Shown: positions 18,284 to 27,516 of the stretch, in pieces
Layout of the letters: every line of letters starts with the position of its first letter
Numbering within the stretch: position 1 is the first letter of the stretch
IMG/VR virus record: IMGVR_UViG_3300037478_000427
Location: 1 to 53,813 of that record
Direction: 5' to 3' (one strand)
DNA length: 53,813 nucleotides
DNA from: a virus
Taxonomy: Duplodnaviria > Caudoviricetes
Notes under the pieces: generated by a model
What the model was told of the DNA's origin: nothing
The model's database searches: none
Seen by the model: the letters and a program-made list of their open reading frames with translations, nothing else
Program-made: the position numbers and the translations under genes

Positions 18284-19737
18284 TGGCACAGACCTTCCCT
18301 CGCTTCTACCGGCCCCGGCCGTACCAGGCGCCGCTGCACAAGATGTGGCGGACGAAGCGGTACGGCGTGGTCGTGCTGCCCCGGCAGTCGGGGAAGGACG
18401 TGTCCATGTCGATGGAGATGTGCGAGGCCCGGCTCCGGACACCGAAGACCACGGGCACGTACGTCTCCCTCGACATCCCCATGATCCGCGAGATCCTCTG
18501 GACCAAGACGTACAACGATCCCGAGTCGGGCGAGTTCGTGCGGATGCTCCAGGACAACGTGCCCTCCGACCAGGCGGTGTGGCGCGACACCGCGCTGGAG
18601 GGCCGGTTCAACAACGACTCGAGGATGAAGCTCCAGGGCTACTTTCAGTCCGGGCGGGACAAGAACGGTGTCGGCACGTCGTTCCAGGACTACGCCTTCA
18701 CCGAGCTGGCGCTGTTCACTCGTGAGGATCCGATCCCGCGGCTCATGCCGATCCTCACCTCGACGCCGGACAAGCGGCTCATGGTCGCCTCGACGCCTCG
18801 TGGGAAGCGGCGGAATCCGCTGTGGCAACTCATGCAGTCGATGCGCGGATCGCCGGACTACGGCGAGATCATCTGGGGGATCAACGATCTCAACGAGATG
18901 ATGCGTCGTGAGGGCCTGGAGCCTGTGCGCTCCGAGGCCCAGTTGGAGATCGATCGCGATGCGTACAAGCGCCGCTTCGGCAACGACCGCATGTTCAACC
19001 AGGAGTACCACGTTGACTTCGGGGAGATGGACGCGGCGGCCGTGTATGGCGAGGCGTACCTCGCGATGCGGCAGCAGCAGCAGATCACCGACTTCAACCT
19101 CTACCCGAACCGTCCGGTGTATGTGGTCTTCGACATCGGCGCCTCGGGGCAGCAGTCCGATGCCACGAGCTGGATCGCGTTCCAGTGGTTCAACGAGCGG
19201 CTGTTCTTGTACGACTGCGGTGAGGGCCACGGCAAGGCGCTGCCGGAGTACGTGGACGTTCTGAGGGAGAAGTCCTGGTTTCCTCGGGTCGCTCAGATCA
19301 TCCTGCCGTGGGACGGCGAGCACCACGAGAAGGCGATCAACGCCACGCCGGCGGACATGATGCGGGAGAAGTTCCCGAACGTGGCCGTGCTGAAGAAGAG
19401 CTCGACCGTATGGAAGATCCCGAACGCCCGCTCGAAGTGGGGCGACGAGATCACCGACATCCAGGCGACACGGCTCCAGCTCTACAACACGATCGTGCAC
19501 GAGACGAACTGCGACTGGGTCCTGGAGTGCTTCGAGAACTTCAAGTACGAGTACAACGCCAAGCTCCAGGAGTGGACCGAGAAGCCGCTGCACGACAAGT
19601 ATTCGCACATGATGGACGCCTTGCGGTATGCCGTGCAGGCCACACGGGAGCTGAACTTCTTCGGGCAACTGGAGCAGCTCCACCCGACAGCGATGTCGGA
19701 CTCGTACCAAGAGGACTGGGAGGGCATCTGGTCATGA
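18283..19737 (+). CDS. terL: Terminase large subunit
   Basis: PRPYQ adenine-binding motif, Walker A PRQSGKD, Walker B-like YAFTE, coupling motif ASTPRG, nuclease VFDIG and HMMDALRY. Confidence 0.93.
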   Translation: MAQTFPRFYRPRPYQAPLHKMWRTKRYGVVVLPRQSGKDVSMSMEMCEARLRTPKTTGTYVSLDIPMIREILWTKTYNDPESGEFVRMLQDNVPSDQAVWRDTALEGRFNNDSRMKLQGYFQSGRDKNGVGTSFQDYAFTELALFTREDPIPRLMPILTSTPDKRLMVASTPRGKRRNPLWQLMQSMRGSPDYGEIIWGINDLNEMMRREGLEPVRSEAQLEIDRDAYKRRFGNDRMFNQEYHVDFGEMDAAAVYGEAYLAMRQQQQITDFNLYPNRPVYVVFDIGASGQQSDATSWIAFQWFNERLFLYDCGEGHGKALPEYVDVLREKSWFPRVAQIILPWDGEHHEKAINATPADMMREKFPNVAVLKKSSTVWKIPNARSKWGDEITDIQATRLQLYNTIVHETNCDWVLECFENFKYEYNAKLQEWTEKPLHDKYSHMMDALRYAVQATRELNFFGQLEQLHPTAMSDSYQEDWEGIWS

Positions 19738-20036
19738 AGATGAAGACAGTGCGCGAGGCGCTCCAGTACACCGCGGACAACCCGGTGCCGACGACCGACC
19801 CGATCGACACGCCGATGTGGTACCTCGTGTGCTCCGAGCTCTTCCACGTGGCGAACACGCCGTCGGTCAAGGTGAAGGGCTCGATGCGCCGGGCGACAGC
19901 GGCCCAGCGGCTCATCCTGAACCGGCTGGTCGGCCTGCGCCGGTCGGGCTCCTCCCCCGCCGTGTCCACGCAGAACCAGGTGCAGTTCGTCGACCTGACG
20001 GCTGGGCTCCTGGAAGCCGAGGAGGATGCCTCGTGA
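19734..20036 (+). CDS. Hypothetical protein (100 aa)
   Basis: ATGA overlap with the terL stop; 3' part of track ORF 19308..20036. Confidence 0.75.
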   Translation: MKMKTVREALQYTADNPVPTTDPIDTPMWYLVCSELFHVANTPSVKVKGSMRRATAAQRLILNRLVGLRRSGSSPAVSTQNQVQFVDLTAGLLEAEEDAS

Positions 20037-20317
20037 CCGGCGGAGACCTCGAGCGCCGGTTTCGCAACGAGATCCCGGCCGAGCACCGCGCCAGTCTGGA
20101 CACCAGGATCCAGTGGCTGTGGATGCAGCGGTTCGGCACCGGGCAGTCGATCTGGGCGAACAGCCCGGACATGCTCGACAAGACCGCGGCAACGATCTTC
20201 CTCCAGGCCATCATGGGTGCGGACCTGAACTCCATCACCACGCTGTTTCAGCGCCTGGAGGGCGGCCCTCAGGCGGACACACAGGTCCGGGACCGCGCCT
20301 CCGAGCTCAAGATCTGA
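20033..20317 (+). CDS. Hypothetical protein (94 aa), last rightward gene
   Basis: GGAGGA RBS, GTGA overlap; 3' part of track ORF 19817..20317. Confidence 0.75.
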   Translation: MTGGDLERRFRNEIPAEHRASLDTRIQWLWMQRFGTGQSIWANSPDMLDKTAATIFLQAIMGADLNSITTLFQRLEGGPQADTQVRDRASELKI

Positions 20318-20516
20318 TCCGGTGCGCCCGACGTAGCTTGCGCTTCAGTTCGGCGGGCATCGGCTCGCACACAGCGCATCCGCAGCCTGCCTGGTGGCTG
20401 GCACACGCTACGTCGGGGAAGGTCCGCGGCATCACACGCCTCTCGTCGGGCGCCAGTTCGAGCGCTGGTTGCCACCGGTGGTTGTGCCAGTCACCGGGTG
20501 CGCCGTCCCGCTTCAC
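20307..20516 (-). CDS. Small Cys/His-rich protein (69 aa)
   Basis: GTGA overlap with the upstream stop; CASHQAGCGCAVC metal-binding-like motif. Confidence 0.6.
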   Translation of the reverse strand: MKRDGAPGDWHNHRWQPALELAPDERRVMPRTFPDVACASHQAGCGCAVCEPMPAELKRKLRRAHRIRS

Positions 20517-21079
20517 AGCTTCGCTCCGCCCTGCCACTCGGAGTACAGCACCAGGGTCTTCGGCCGGTGCCGGTAGATGTAGTACCCCTTGCGCACCGTG
20601 TACGCCCGGGGCACCTTCTGCCCCATGATGTGGGTCATCTTCGGCTTCCCGAAGTACTCCCGCAGCAGCTTGTTCAGCTTGCGCAGGTCGGAGCGCCAGG
20701 TCGACTTGCCACGCAGGTCCACCCCGGCGGCGCGCTGCTCCTCCTCCTCGGCGTGCAGATCCTTGATGTTGAGGTTGGTCGCCCACTCGTACACCAGGGA
20801 CGCTGTGATGCGGTGTTCGTGCAGCGGGCTGAGGTTCCGCAGGAACTTCCGCAGCTCCCGCTCCCACGCCACCAGGTTCGGGTCCTCCCGGATGAGGTAG
20901 TCGTCCTTGGTGAACGGCATTCGATTCCGCTCATTATCCGGTACTACGAGGGAGTCGACCCGAGACGCCCCGTCAGGGGCCTTGGCCTCGGGTGGAAGTG
21001 CACGCCCTTTTGGTACCTTGAACTGCTCCTTTACTCTCTTCTCAACTTCTGTGATGGCTGTGTTCCTGGCTCTCGGCAT
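20513..21079 (-). CDS. Hypothetical basic protein (possible DNA-binding regulator)
   Basis: 188 aa, Lys/Arg-rich; has its own apparent leaderless promoter. Confidence 0.75.
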   Translation of the reverse strand: MPRARNTAITEVEKRVKEQFKVPKGRALPPEAKAPDGASRVDSLVVPDNERNRMPFTKDDYLIREDPNLVAWERELRKFLRNLSPLHEHRITASLVYEWATNLNIKDLHAEEEEQRAAGVDLRGKSTWRSDLRKLNKLLREYFGKPKMTHIMGQKVPRAYTVRKGYYIYRHRPKTLVLYSEWQGGAKL

Positions 21080-21085
21080 GAGGCC

Positions 21086-21091
21086 AGTGTA
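21086..21091 (-). promoter_or_regulatory. -10 box of a leaderless promoter
   Basis: TACACT on the minus strand 6 nt upstream of the ATG at 21079; no SD sequence. Confidence 0.55.
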
Positions 21092-21137
21092 GAAGAAAAA
21101 AAGAGAGCGGCGAGACCCGTGTGGGCCTCGCCGCTCT
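21092..21137 (-). terminator. Rho-independent terminator ending the main leftward operon
   Basis: Stem AGAGCGGCGAG/CTCGCCGCTCT (extends through a G-U pair) followed on the minus strand by CTTTTTTTCTTC. Confidence 0.85.
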
Positions 21138-21174
21138 TTCCTCGAACTTCCCGGTGAAGGAAGCCGCCAGCCTC

Positions 21175-22008
21175 CTACGGCTGGTACGTGCCGATGTTGC
21201 TGATGATCTTGTCGACCTCGGTGGAGTCCAGACCGATCTGGAGCCCTCGGTCCGTGATGAGGGACTCCCAGTCCGGGACCCCGGCGTTCATCATCTTGGA
21301 TCCGATGGCGAACAGGGAGTTGTTCCTCTTCCCGTGCGGGATCGGCTTGGCGAGCTCCTGGGTCAGGGTGTCGTGCATGATGACTGCTTCCTCACTGTCG
21401 ATGCCTGCCGCCTTGATGGCGAGCAGTTGTTTGCTGTCCCGGACACGCCGGGTCTTGTGCTGTGCCAGCATGGACTCGATGTGCGGCGGTAGTGGCGCGA
21501 TCGCGAAGGGCGCCCATCGCTGGGTCTCGTAGTGGTAGACGCAGCCGGTAGCGCGTACGTCCACGCCGGGTCGCAGGCTGATGATGTCGTCGAACGCTCC
21601 GAACCCGGTGTCGGGATCCCACGGTGTGTAGGTGGAGTAGAACAGGTGCCGGCCCTTGCCGGACCTGCTGGTCTCGGACAGTGTGGGCGACAGGTGCAGA
21701 CCTCGAGCCACCTCCAGCCCGTTCGGCCCACCGTCGTCGTGGTGATCGATGTCGATCGCCACAAGGGCCAGGGACCTCATCACGAAGGCGAACGGTGCGC
21801 CCGAACGGTCGAACGTGTTCGCCCGGTGTTCGGCCCGGAACCGGTTGGTGTTGTAGTTCGGCATGAACATCCGGCCCCACCCGGGTGTGGTCTTGCCGTC
21901 GGCGTACACATCCACCAGGGCGATCCCGTGAGGTCCTGAATAGGACTTCATCGTGTGCGGATACGCCCTCCGATCGGTGTACTGTGTTGGATCTTCGTAC
22001 CAGTCCAC
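21175..22008 (-). CDS. Bifunctional DNA primase/polymerase (AEP Prim-Pol plus PriCT-1)
   Basis: AIDID, TSRSGKGRHLFY, GVDVRA catalytic motifs; GKRNNSLF PriCT motif. Start GTG 22008 after AAGGGAG. Confidence 0.88.
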   Translation of the reverse strand: MDWYEDPTQYTDRRAYPHTMKSYSGPHGIALVDVYADGKTTPGWGRMFMPNYNTNRFRAEHRANTFDRSGAPFAFVMRSLALVAIDIDHHDDGGPNGLEVARGLHLSPTLSETSRSGKGRHLFYSTYTPWDPDTGFGAFDDIISLRPGVDVRATGCVYHYETQRWAPFAIAPLPPHIESMLAQHKTRRVRDSKQLLAIKAAGIDSEEAVIMHDTLTQELAKPIPHGKRNNSLFAIGSKMMNAGVPDWESLITDRGLQIGLDSTEVDKIISNIGTYQP

Positions 22009-22047
22009 CTGGTACTCCCTTCTTGCGTTTGTGCTGGTCAGGAGTGT

Positions 22048-22139
22048 GTGACACAGGTGGTTGCAAGGCTGGCACCAATTTGCTCTAGCGCCTTCTCGTG
22101 TAGGAACTTGTGGCAAGACCTGTTGTCACCTGTAGTCAC
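22048..22139. repeat. ~92-bp quasi-palindromic element, copy 1 (candidate origin/operator)
   Basis: Imperfect direct repeat of 39036-39126; bounded by GTGAC...GTCAC, shares GGCTGGCACCA. Confidence 0.75.
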
Positions 22140-22149
22140 TAGTACAACT

Positions 22150-22198
22150 CGAACGGCTGTACGAGTACTCCACGTGGTTGCACTCGTACAGCCGTTCG
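22150..22198 (-). terminator. Long intergenic stem-loop
   Basis: Perfect 17-bp inverted repeat CGAACGGCTGTACGAGT/ACTCGTACAGCCGTTCG; no clear U-tract. Confidence 0.55.
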
Positions 22199-22200
22199 GA

Positions 22201-22371
22201 TCACTGCCCCCGGGTGTCAGCAGCCGGAGGTCGTGCGCCGGCACCCAGCTCGGCCAGCGCACGAGCCTTCAGCAGCGCGAGATCGACCGCCTCGGCGCTG
22301 CCAGCGAGCTGGATCTCCCGCCGTACCCCGGCCAGTTGATCGTCCACGTACGGGCCATCTGCGGCGTCCAT
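22201..22371 (-). CDS. Hypothetical protein (56 aa)
   Basis: GGAGGTG RBS 6 nt before ATG 22371. Confidence 0.6.
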   Translation of the reverse strand: MDAADGPYVDDQLAGVRREIQLAGSAEAVDLALLKARALAELGAGARPPAADTRGQ

Positions 22372-22433
22372 CAGCCTCACCTCCATCGAGCGCACCTGCG
22401 GAGTGCACGGTGCCCCACCCCCATGGTGCTCGA

Positions 22434-23642
22434 TCAGTAGGCGAGCCGATAGAACTGCTTCCGGCTGACGTCCGTGTCACCCCCTCGGGGGAGTATGCGA
22501 CCCATCAGCTGCTGCCGTTTCGCGTCGTCGTCGGTGTCGTCCACGATGATCATCGTGTCGCACACCTTGTCGAGGCCGTCGAAGCCCGTGGCCATGGTGG
22601 CCGTACCGACCAGGACGTTCACGCTCCTGTTGGCGACGAATGCAGTCATCCGGTCGTCACGATCTTTCGGCGAGACAGAGCCGGTCACGAGGATGGCAGC
22701 CCACCTTGTGCTGGACAGAAGTGCACCCTGCACAGCGAGTGCGATGACTGCTGACTCCGAGTAGACCACCACCTTCCCGTCGGCCTGAGCGATCAGCTCG
22801 TCGAGCTTCGTCAGTACGTCAGGTTGCAGCTCGCCTTCATCGTCGAGGAGCTTCATCCGCTTCTCGACGTGTCGGGCTTCCATCTGGGACGCCATCAACC
22901 GATGGTTGCGGTGGTCGTACCCGAAGCCGTAGAAGTCAGTCGGAACGTCCAGGAGTAGTGGCACCTCCTGCACACTGACCTGCTTCATCACCACGTCCTC
23001 GACGTAGTGCACGTACGGGAGGTCGGCGAGGAACTCCTCGGCGTTCTTGTAGTCCTGGAAGCCGGTGACGTTCGGCACCGCACCGAACGGGTTGTTCTCC
23101 GTGGTGCAGTGCTTGTGCAGGAACGAGATGAACCCACCCTTGTTGCCCTCCGGATCCATCACATGCGCCACGCAGTACACCCGCTCGGCGTCGTTGTACG
23201 ACGGCGTCGCCGAACAGATGATCAGCGGAGCGTTCAGACCTCTCGCCGCACGATCCATCTTCTTCCAGCCCTTGCCGGTCTGACCACCGAGCAGGTGGAA
23301 CTCATCCACGATGAGCGGCATGTTGCGGTCGAGCTGATACCCGTCTTGCCGGAACTTCGCGTGCGAGATCACCTCGACGTTCACACCGAGGATGGAGCCG
23401 AGCGCCACCCATGCCGGACGGGTGACCGGTGGCGCGATCACCAGGGCGACGCTGTATCCGGCGACCGCCACAGCAGCGAGCGCCGTCCTCGACTTGCCCG
23501 CTCCTGTGGCGTGGTACAGACACAGTCGCAGTCGCGCGGTGTCGGTCATCGTCCACACCTGCCGGAGAGCGTTGAGCTGGTGCGTGAAGAACTGCTCGCC
23601 GAGCTTCTTCTCGATCAGGTCGACGATCGCAGGCGCACTCAT
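22434..23642 (-). CDS. Superfamily 2 (DExH) DNA helicase
   Basis: Motifs ATGAGKS, IVDEFH, SATP, TGFDGL, QLMGRILPRG. Start ATG 23642 overlaps the upstream stop. Confidence 0.9.
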   Translation of the reverse strand: MSAPAIVDLIEKKLGEQFFTHQLNALRQVWTMTDTARLRLCLYHATGAGKSRTALAAVAVAGYSVALVIAPPVTRPAWVALGSILGVNVEVISHAKFRQDGYQLDRNMPLIVDEFHLLGGQTGKGWKKMDRAARGLNAPLIICSATPSYNDAERVYCVAHVMDPEGNKGGFISFLHKHCTTENNPFGAVPNVTGFQDYKNAEEFLADLPYVHYVEDVVMKQVSVQEVPLLLDVPTDFYGFGYDHRNHRLMASQMEARHVEKRMKLLDDEGELQPDVLTKLDELIAQADGKVVVYSESAVIALAVQGALLSSTRWAAILVTGSVSPKDRDDRMTAFVANRSVNVLVGTATMATGFDGLDKVCDTMIIVDDTDDDAKRQQLMGRILPRGGDTDVSRKQFYRLAY

Positions 23643-24313
23643 CTGCCATCCTCGCCGGTGCTGAGGATGAATCCGTTCGGGTCTGTGCTCGGATCGGCCG
23701 CCCAGAACTCGGGGTCCGGAGCGTGCATCTTCGGCCGCGGCGGGACGATGACCGGTGACTTTCCCTGTCTGTGACGTTGCGGCGCCGAGGGGAAACCTGC
23801 GGCGTTCTGCTTCACACTGCCGGTCATCGGGATCGCCTTGATCAGGCGATCGAGTGCGACCGCCGGGGTGTGACCGTCCCACTCCGGTGCCCGCGCCACC
23901 TCGGGGCACTCGAACTTGCCCCAGTGGTTGGCCCGATAGTGGTTGGTCACCTGCCCTGTTGGGAGGTTGGCCGACACGACGAACAGGTTGTCGAGCCTCA
24001 GGTCTTCGCCGTCGTGGTGACGCCAGGACTTCACGACTCGGAAGTTGTTGTCCTGCCAGGACTTCACCGCGTAGGCGTGGTACGCCATGCGGTAGTCGTA
24101 CAGCTCGTCCAGCGAGTGCCAGTTGTCACCCTCGCCGGCGAGCTGTCCGTCTGCCTCCAGGATCTCGAGTGCCTCCATGAGGTAGCGACGGAGGTTCAGC
24201 TTCAGCTTGTTCGGCGTGATATTGCCGGAGGTCGCCAGATCCTCGACGGCCTTGAGGTTCGGGTGGCTACGGCTCGCCCTTCTGAGCAGGCGTTCCACGT
24301 TGGCAGAGCTCAC
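23639..24313 (-). CDS. WDGH-domain protein
   Basis: HSLDELYDYR, KSWRHHDGE, LPTGQVTNHY, APEWDGHT match the phage WDGH family. Confidence 0.7.
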   Translation of the reverse strand: MSSANVERLLRRASRSHPNLKAVEDLATSGNITPNKLKLNLRRYLMEALEILEADGQLAGEGDNWHSLDELYDYRMAYHAYAVKSWQDNNFRVVKSWRHHDGEDLRLDNLFVVSANLPTGQVTNHYRANHWGKFECPEVARAPEWDGHTPAVALDRLIKAIPMTGSVKQNAAGFPSAPQRHRQGKSPVIVPPRPKMHAPDPEFWAADPSTDPNGFILSTGEDGR

Positions 24314-24621
24314 GTCGTCTCCTTCATGGTCGCCGTGATCTTGAAGAGTCGGCCGCTGTCGCCGTAGCAGCGGATGTCCGCGTTCACGATCTCGGGACCG
24401 ATGATCGTGGCGAGCTTTGCGATGTTCTCGATGATCGCCTTGGAGTTCATCTGCTGCGACGACTCGATCGTGTGCGTACTCGTGGTCACGGCAGCAGGCT
24501 CGTTGTCTCCCCGCGCCCGGTCGAGGTAGTAGTTCGCATCCTCGACCGTGAGGTTGTCCCAGTGCTTGCCGCCGTCAGCGAAGTACAGGCTCTTGGCCTT
24601 GGCTTCGAGTGCTGTGGTCAC
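24310..24621 (-). CDS. Hypothetical protein
   Basis: 103 aa, 4-bp overlaps on both sides. Confidence 0.7.
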   Translation of the reverse strand: MTTALEAKAKSLYFADGGKHWDNLTVEDANYYLDRARGDNEPAAVTTSTHTIESSQQMNSKAIIENIAKLATIIGPEIVNADIRCYGDSGRLFKITATMKETT

Positions 24622-24806
24622 TTCGGTTTTCCTCTCGATCCTGGGCAGGTACGCGGACCGCCTTCACCACGGCGAGTGGCGAGCGGGCGATGTACTGCGA
24701 GCTTGCCCTCTTTCAACAGCATGATTTTCTGTCCGCACACAGGGCAGACACCCTGTCTTTTTGCAACCGAGGGTTTGGGATTTCTCGGCTGGTCTCTCCT
24801 TCTCAT
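24618..24806 (-). CDS. Small zinc-ribbon protein
   Basis: 62 aa, CPVC...H...CPGS, basic. Confidence 0.7.
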   Translation of the reverse strand: MRRRDQPRNPKPSVAKRQGVCPVCGQKIMLLKEGKLAVHRPLATRRGEGGPRTCPGSRGKPK

Positions 24807-25312
24807 GTCACCACCTTCCAGTGGTAGCCGTAGATGCTGTCCTCCACGATGTTGGACAGCAGCTCGTTGAGCTTGTCGTCCTTCAGCATCCCGTACACCA
24901 TGATGTTCGCCGCGGCCTCAAGGTCGCGGTGATGCGTGGTTGGGAAATTGAACAGGCCGAGCGTCTCTTTCAGTGGGCGTTTCACCACTTTCTTCACGCC
25001 GGTGTTGTCGATCAGCTCGTTCTTGTAGAGCTCCTTGTGCATCTTGCTCACGAGGACACGCATCTTGTCGTCCTGTGAGTAGTTGTTTCCTCGTTCGCGA
25101 AATTTTTCCACGAAGATACGACAGCGCTTCTTCCTTGCCACGTTGTCGAGCTTGTCGTTGATGAACCAGTGCACACTACGCACATGGTCGACAGCGCCGA
25201 CGATCGCTTCGTGGTGTACTTGCAGTTCTCTTGCCGTCGTATCGACAGCGAGATGCACCACACCAGTGGTGTGAAGCCCAGGGTCCACGCCGAAGAAATC
25301 AAGCATCGGCAT
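24803..25312 (-). CDS. RuvC-like Holliday junction resolvase
   Basis: GVDPG, IFVE, HRDLEAA RNase H-fold acidic motifs; AAGGAG RBS before ATG 25312. Confidence 0.8.
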   Translation of the reverse strand: MPMLDFFGVDPGLHTTGVVHLAVDTTARELQVHHEAIVGAVDHVRSVHWFINDKLDNVARKKRCRIFVEKFRERGNNYSQDDKMRVLVSKMHKELYKNELIDNTGVKKVVKRPLKETLGLFNFPTTHHRDLEAAANIMVYGMLKDDKLNELLSNIVEDSIYGYHWKVVT

Positions 25313-25332
25313 ATCCACTCCTTTCATGGTGA

Positions 25333-25370
25333 AGCTCGGCGGCAGCAGCTATAGCTACTGCCGCCGAGCT
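25333..25370 (-). terminator. Intergenic near-perfect 38-bp palindrome/stem-loop
   Basis: AGCTCGGCGGCAG...CTGCCGCCGAGCT with an inner AGCTATAGCT; the one mismatch is G-U on the minus strand. Confidence 0.55.
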
Positions 25371-25374
25371 CGGA

Positions 25375-27516
25375 CTACTTGATGTACCGGTAGGCGTGAG
25401 CGACCGTCGCATCGATCGGCAGCCCCGGTAGGGGCTCGCCGATCATCTCGGTCTCGATGATCGCCATGGTCTGCGTCAGCGTGAGGTGATCGTTCGGCAG
25501 CCACTCGACCACGAGCTCGTCGTGGAACTGACCCATCAGGTTCACGTCAGGATAGGCTTTCAGCTCTCCATGGATCTCCTTGCACGCATCCATGAAGATC
25601 TCACGAGCCAGCGACTGTGTGAGAATGCCAGCGATCTTCCCGCCATACAGCTTGTAGTACCCGGACTTGCCGTCCTTGTACCACTTCTGCTTCCACTCCG
25701 GACCAGACTTCGTCTCGCTCGGCTTGACGTAGCACATGTCACGACCGACCATGTGCACGCCCTGGAAGACCCGCGACAGGAGCACGTTGCCTGTACCGAC
25801 GTACGTCAGCACCATCTTGATCGTCCGAGCTTGCGGAAGGATCCTCCCGAGAGACGTCGGACGATCGATGACCTGGAACACCACCTCGACTGCGTCACCG
25901 TTGCGTCCTGGACGCAGCAGAGCGCTTGTCCTTGTGATCGAGTTGTCGGTGACAAGCTCACGGAGGCGAGAGTCCAGCGTGTCCCAGAGCTTGACGATGT
26001 GATCGTTTACCGCCCGCCAGTCGTTCACCGTCTTGACGGATTGATCGTCGGTGAACGTGACGCCCATCTTGCGGGCGAACTTCTGCACCGCACCTGGGCC
26101 GGCGCCGTACCCGCACGAGAGCTCACCGACCTTGCCGGTCGTACGCTCCGGTCCCTTCGGGGCGATGCGGTCGTACGTGGTGTGGTACATCTCCGCGGCC
26201 ATGACCCGGTACAGATCCTTGCCGTCGGCGAATGCGTCCAGCTTCCACTGCTGGTCAGCCAGCCACGCCAGGACCCGAGCCTCGACCGCCTTGAAGTCGG
26301 CGACGATGAGCTCGCCGTCCCACTTACCGGCCGTGAAGACCTGACGCAGGTTGCTTGCGAGCTTGTCGTTCGACCACCATGGGCCGCCGTCGACCAGTTC
26401 GCTCACGTCGTTCGGCTCGCCGTTCAGACGCTTCACGTTCTGGAGTTGAGCTCCGCGTCCGGAGGTACGGTGGGACTGGCCGGCGCCGCAGTGCATGTAC
26501 TGATTGTGCAGCCGTCTGTCCGGGCCTACGAGATCCAGGATTGTGCTCAGCTTCTTCAGCGAACTGCCCGCCATCTCGAACTTGGTGGACAGCATCGCCT
26601 GCACGGCACGCAGATTCTCGAGCTTGCCCTGCTGTGCGGATGTACGCCCGCGAATCGGGATCTTATTGAGCCGGTCAGTTTCGCTCGTCACCTGATTCAG
26701 GATCTTCGGCAGGTGCTCCTTGTCGAGAGACTTCACACGTACGCCACGCTCTCTGCACCAGCGAGCGAGCTGCTGTGGGGAGTTGAAGTTGAGGTCACCG
26801 GTAGGGTCGAACCTTATCTGGAACTTCTCCAGTAGATCCTCGACGTTCGCGTCGTACCGGCGCTTCATCTCCTTGACCAGCTCGATGTCGATCTTCCAAC
26901 CGACCTGGTTCATCGACTGAGTCAGCCTCTCGAAGCGATGCTCCTTTGCCTGAACCAGATGGTTCCATCGCATCCAGAGATTGATACCGAGAGCGGCGTC
27001 CGTCATGCAGTATTCGATGAAGGTGGTCCAGTCTTGCTGCATGTGAGGTAGCCATTGGCTGGGAGTGTCGACGTATGCGAACGTCGAACCGTCCTTGCGC
27101 TTCTGCGGCACACTGAACTGCTGGATCAGCGCCTTGCCCTCGGGCATCTTGACACCGTGAGGCAAGAGCTGAGGAGCTGCGAACTCCAGCGACGACGACG
27201 CACCGAGACACCGAGCGAGCACAGCGCTGTCGAGAATCTGGTCGTCGATGAAGATGCCCAGCCTCCGCAGTACCGCTCGCTCGAACCCTGCGTTGTGCGC
27301 GACGAACAGCTTCAGGCCGTCGCTCATGAACTTCTTGAAGTGATCGAGAGTCCAGGGCATCGGACCGTGAACGAAGTCCCAGGTCTTGTCACTGCTGCCG
27401 TTCTGCCCCTTGACGCAGGCGACCAGGACCCGGAAGTTCGGGCTCGCGATATAGCGATCGAGTCCGTGCTCCTTCAGGTCCACGTCCGAGTACGTCTCGA
27501 AGTCGAGGCCCCACAT
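25375..27516 (-). CDS. DNA polymerase, family A (3'-5' exonuclease plus polymerase)
   Basis: Exo LDFETY, AHNAGFER, YCMTD; Pol motif A DFKAVEAR, motif B RTTGKVGELSCGYG, motif C QFHDE. The frame is open to GTG 27669, so the start is uncertain. Confidence 0.93.
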   Translation of the reverse strand: MWGLDFETYSDVDLKEHGLDRYIASPNFRVLVACVKGQNGSSDKTWDFVHGPMPWTLDHFKKFMSDGLKLFVAHNAGFERAVLRRLGIFIDDQILDSAVLARCLGASSSLEFAAPQLLPHGVKMPEGKALIQQFSVPQKRKDGSTFAYVDTPSQWLPHMQQDWTTFIEYCMTDAALGINLWMRWNHLVQAKEHRFERLTQSMNQVGWKIDIELVKEMKRRYDANVEDLLEKFQIRFDPTGDLNFNSPQQLARWCRERGVRVKSLDKEHLPKILNQVTSETDRLNKIPIRGRTSAQQGKLENLRAVQAMLSTKFEMAGSSLKKLSTILDLVGPDRRLHNQYMHCGAGQSHRTSGRGAQLQNVKRLNGEPNDVSELVDGGPWWSNDKLASNLRQVFTAGKWDGELIVADFKAVEARVLAWLADQQWKLDAFADGKDLYRVMAAEMYHTTYDRIAPKGPERTTGKVGELSCGYGAGPGAVQKFARKMGVTFTDDQSVKTVNDWRAVNDHIVKLWDTLDSRLRELVTDNSITRTSALLRPGRNGDAVEVVFQVIDRPTSLGRILPQARTIKMVLTYVGTGNVLLSRVFQGVHMVGRDMCYVKPSETKSGPEWKQKWYKDGKSGYYKLYGGKIAGILTQSLAREIFMDACKEIHGELKAYPDVNLMGQFHDELVVEWLPNDHLTLTQTMAIIETEMIGEPLPGLPIDATVAHAYRYIK

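Noticed and set aside
22434-23909. Long N-terminal extensions in the track (helicase to 23909, endolysin from 8574, Cas4-like to 28576, Prim-Pol to 22116)
   Set aside because: They overlap other genes or non-coding elements. Downstream starts with an RBS or stop-start overlap fit better.
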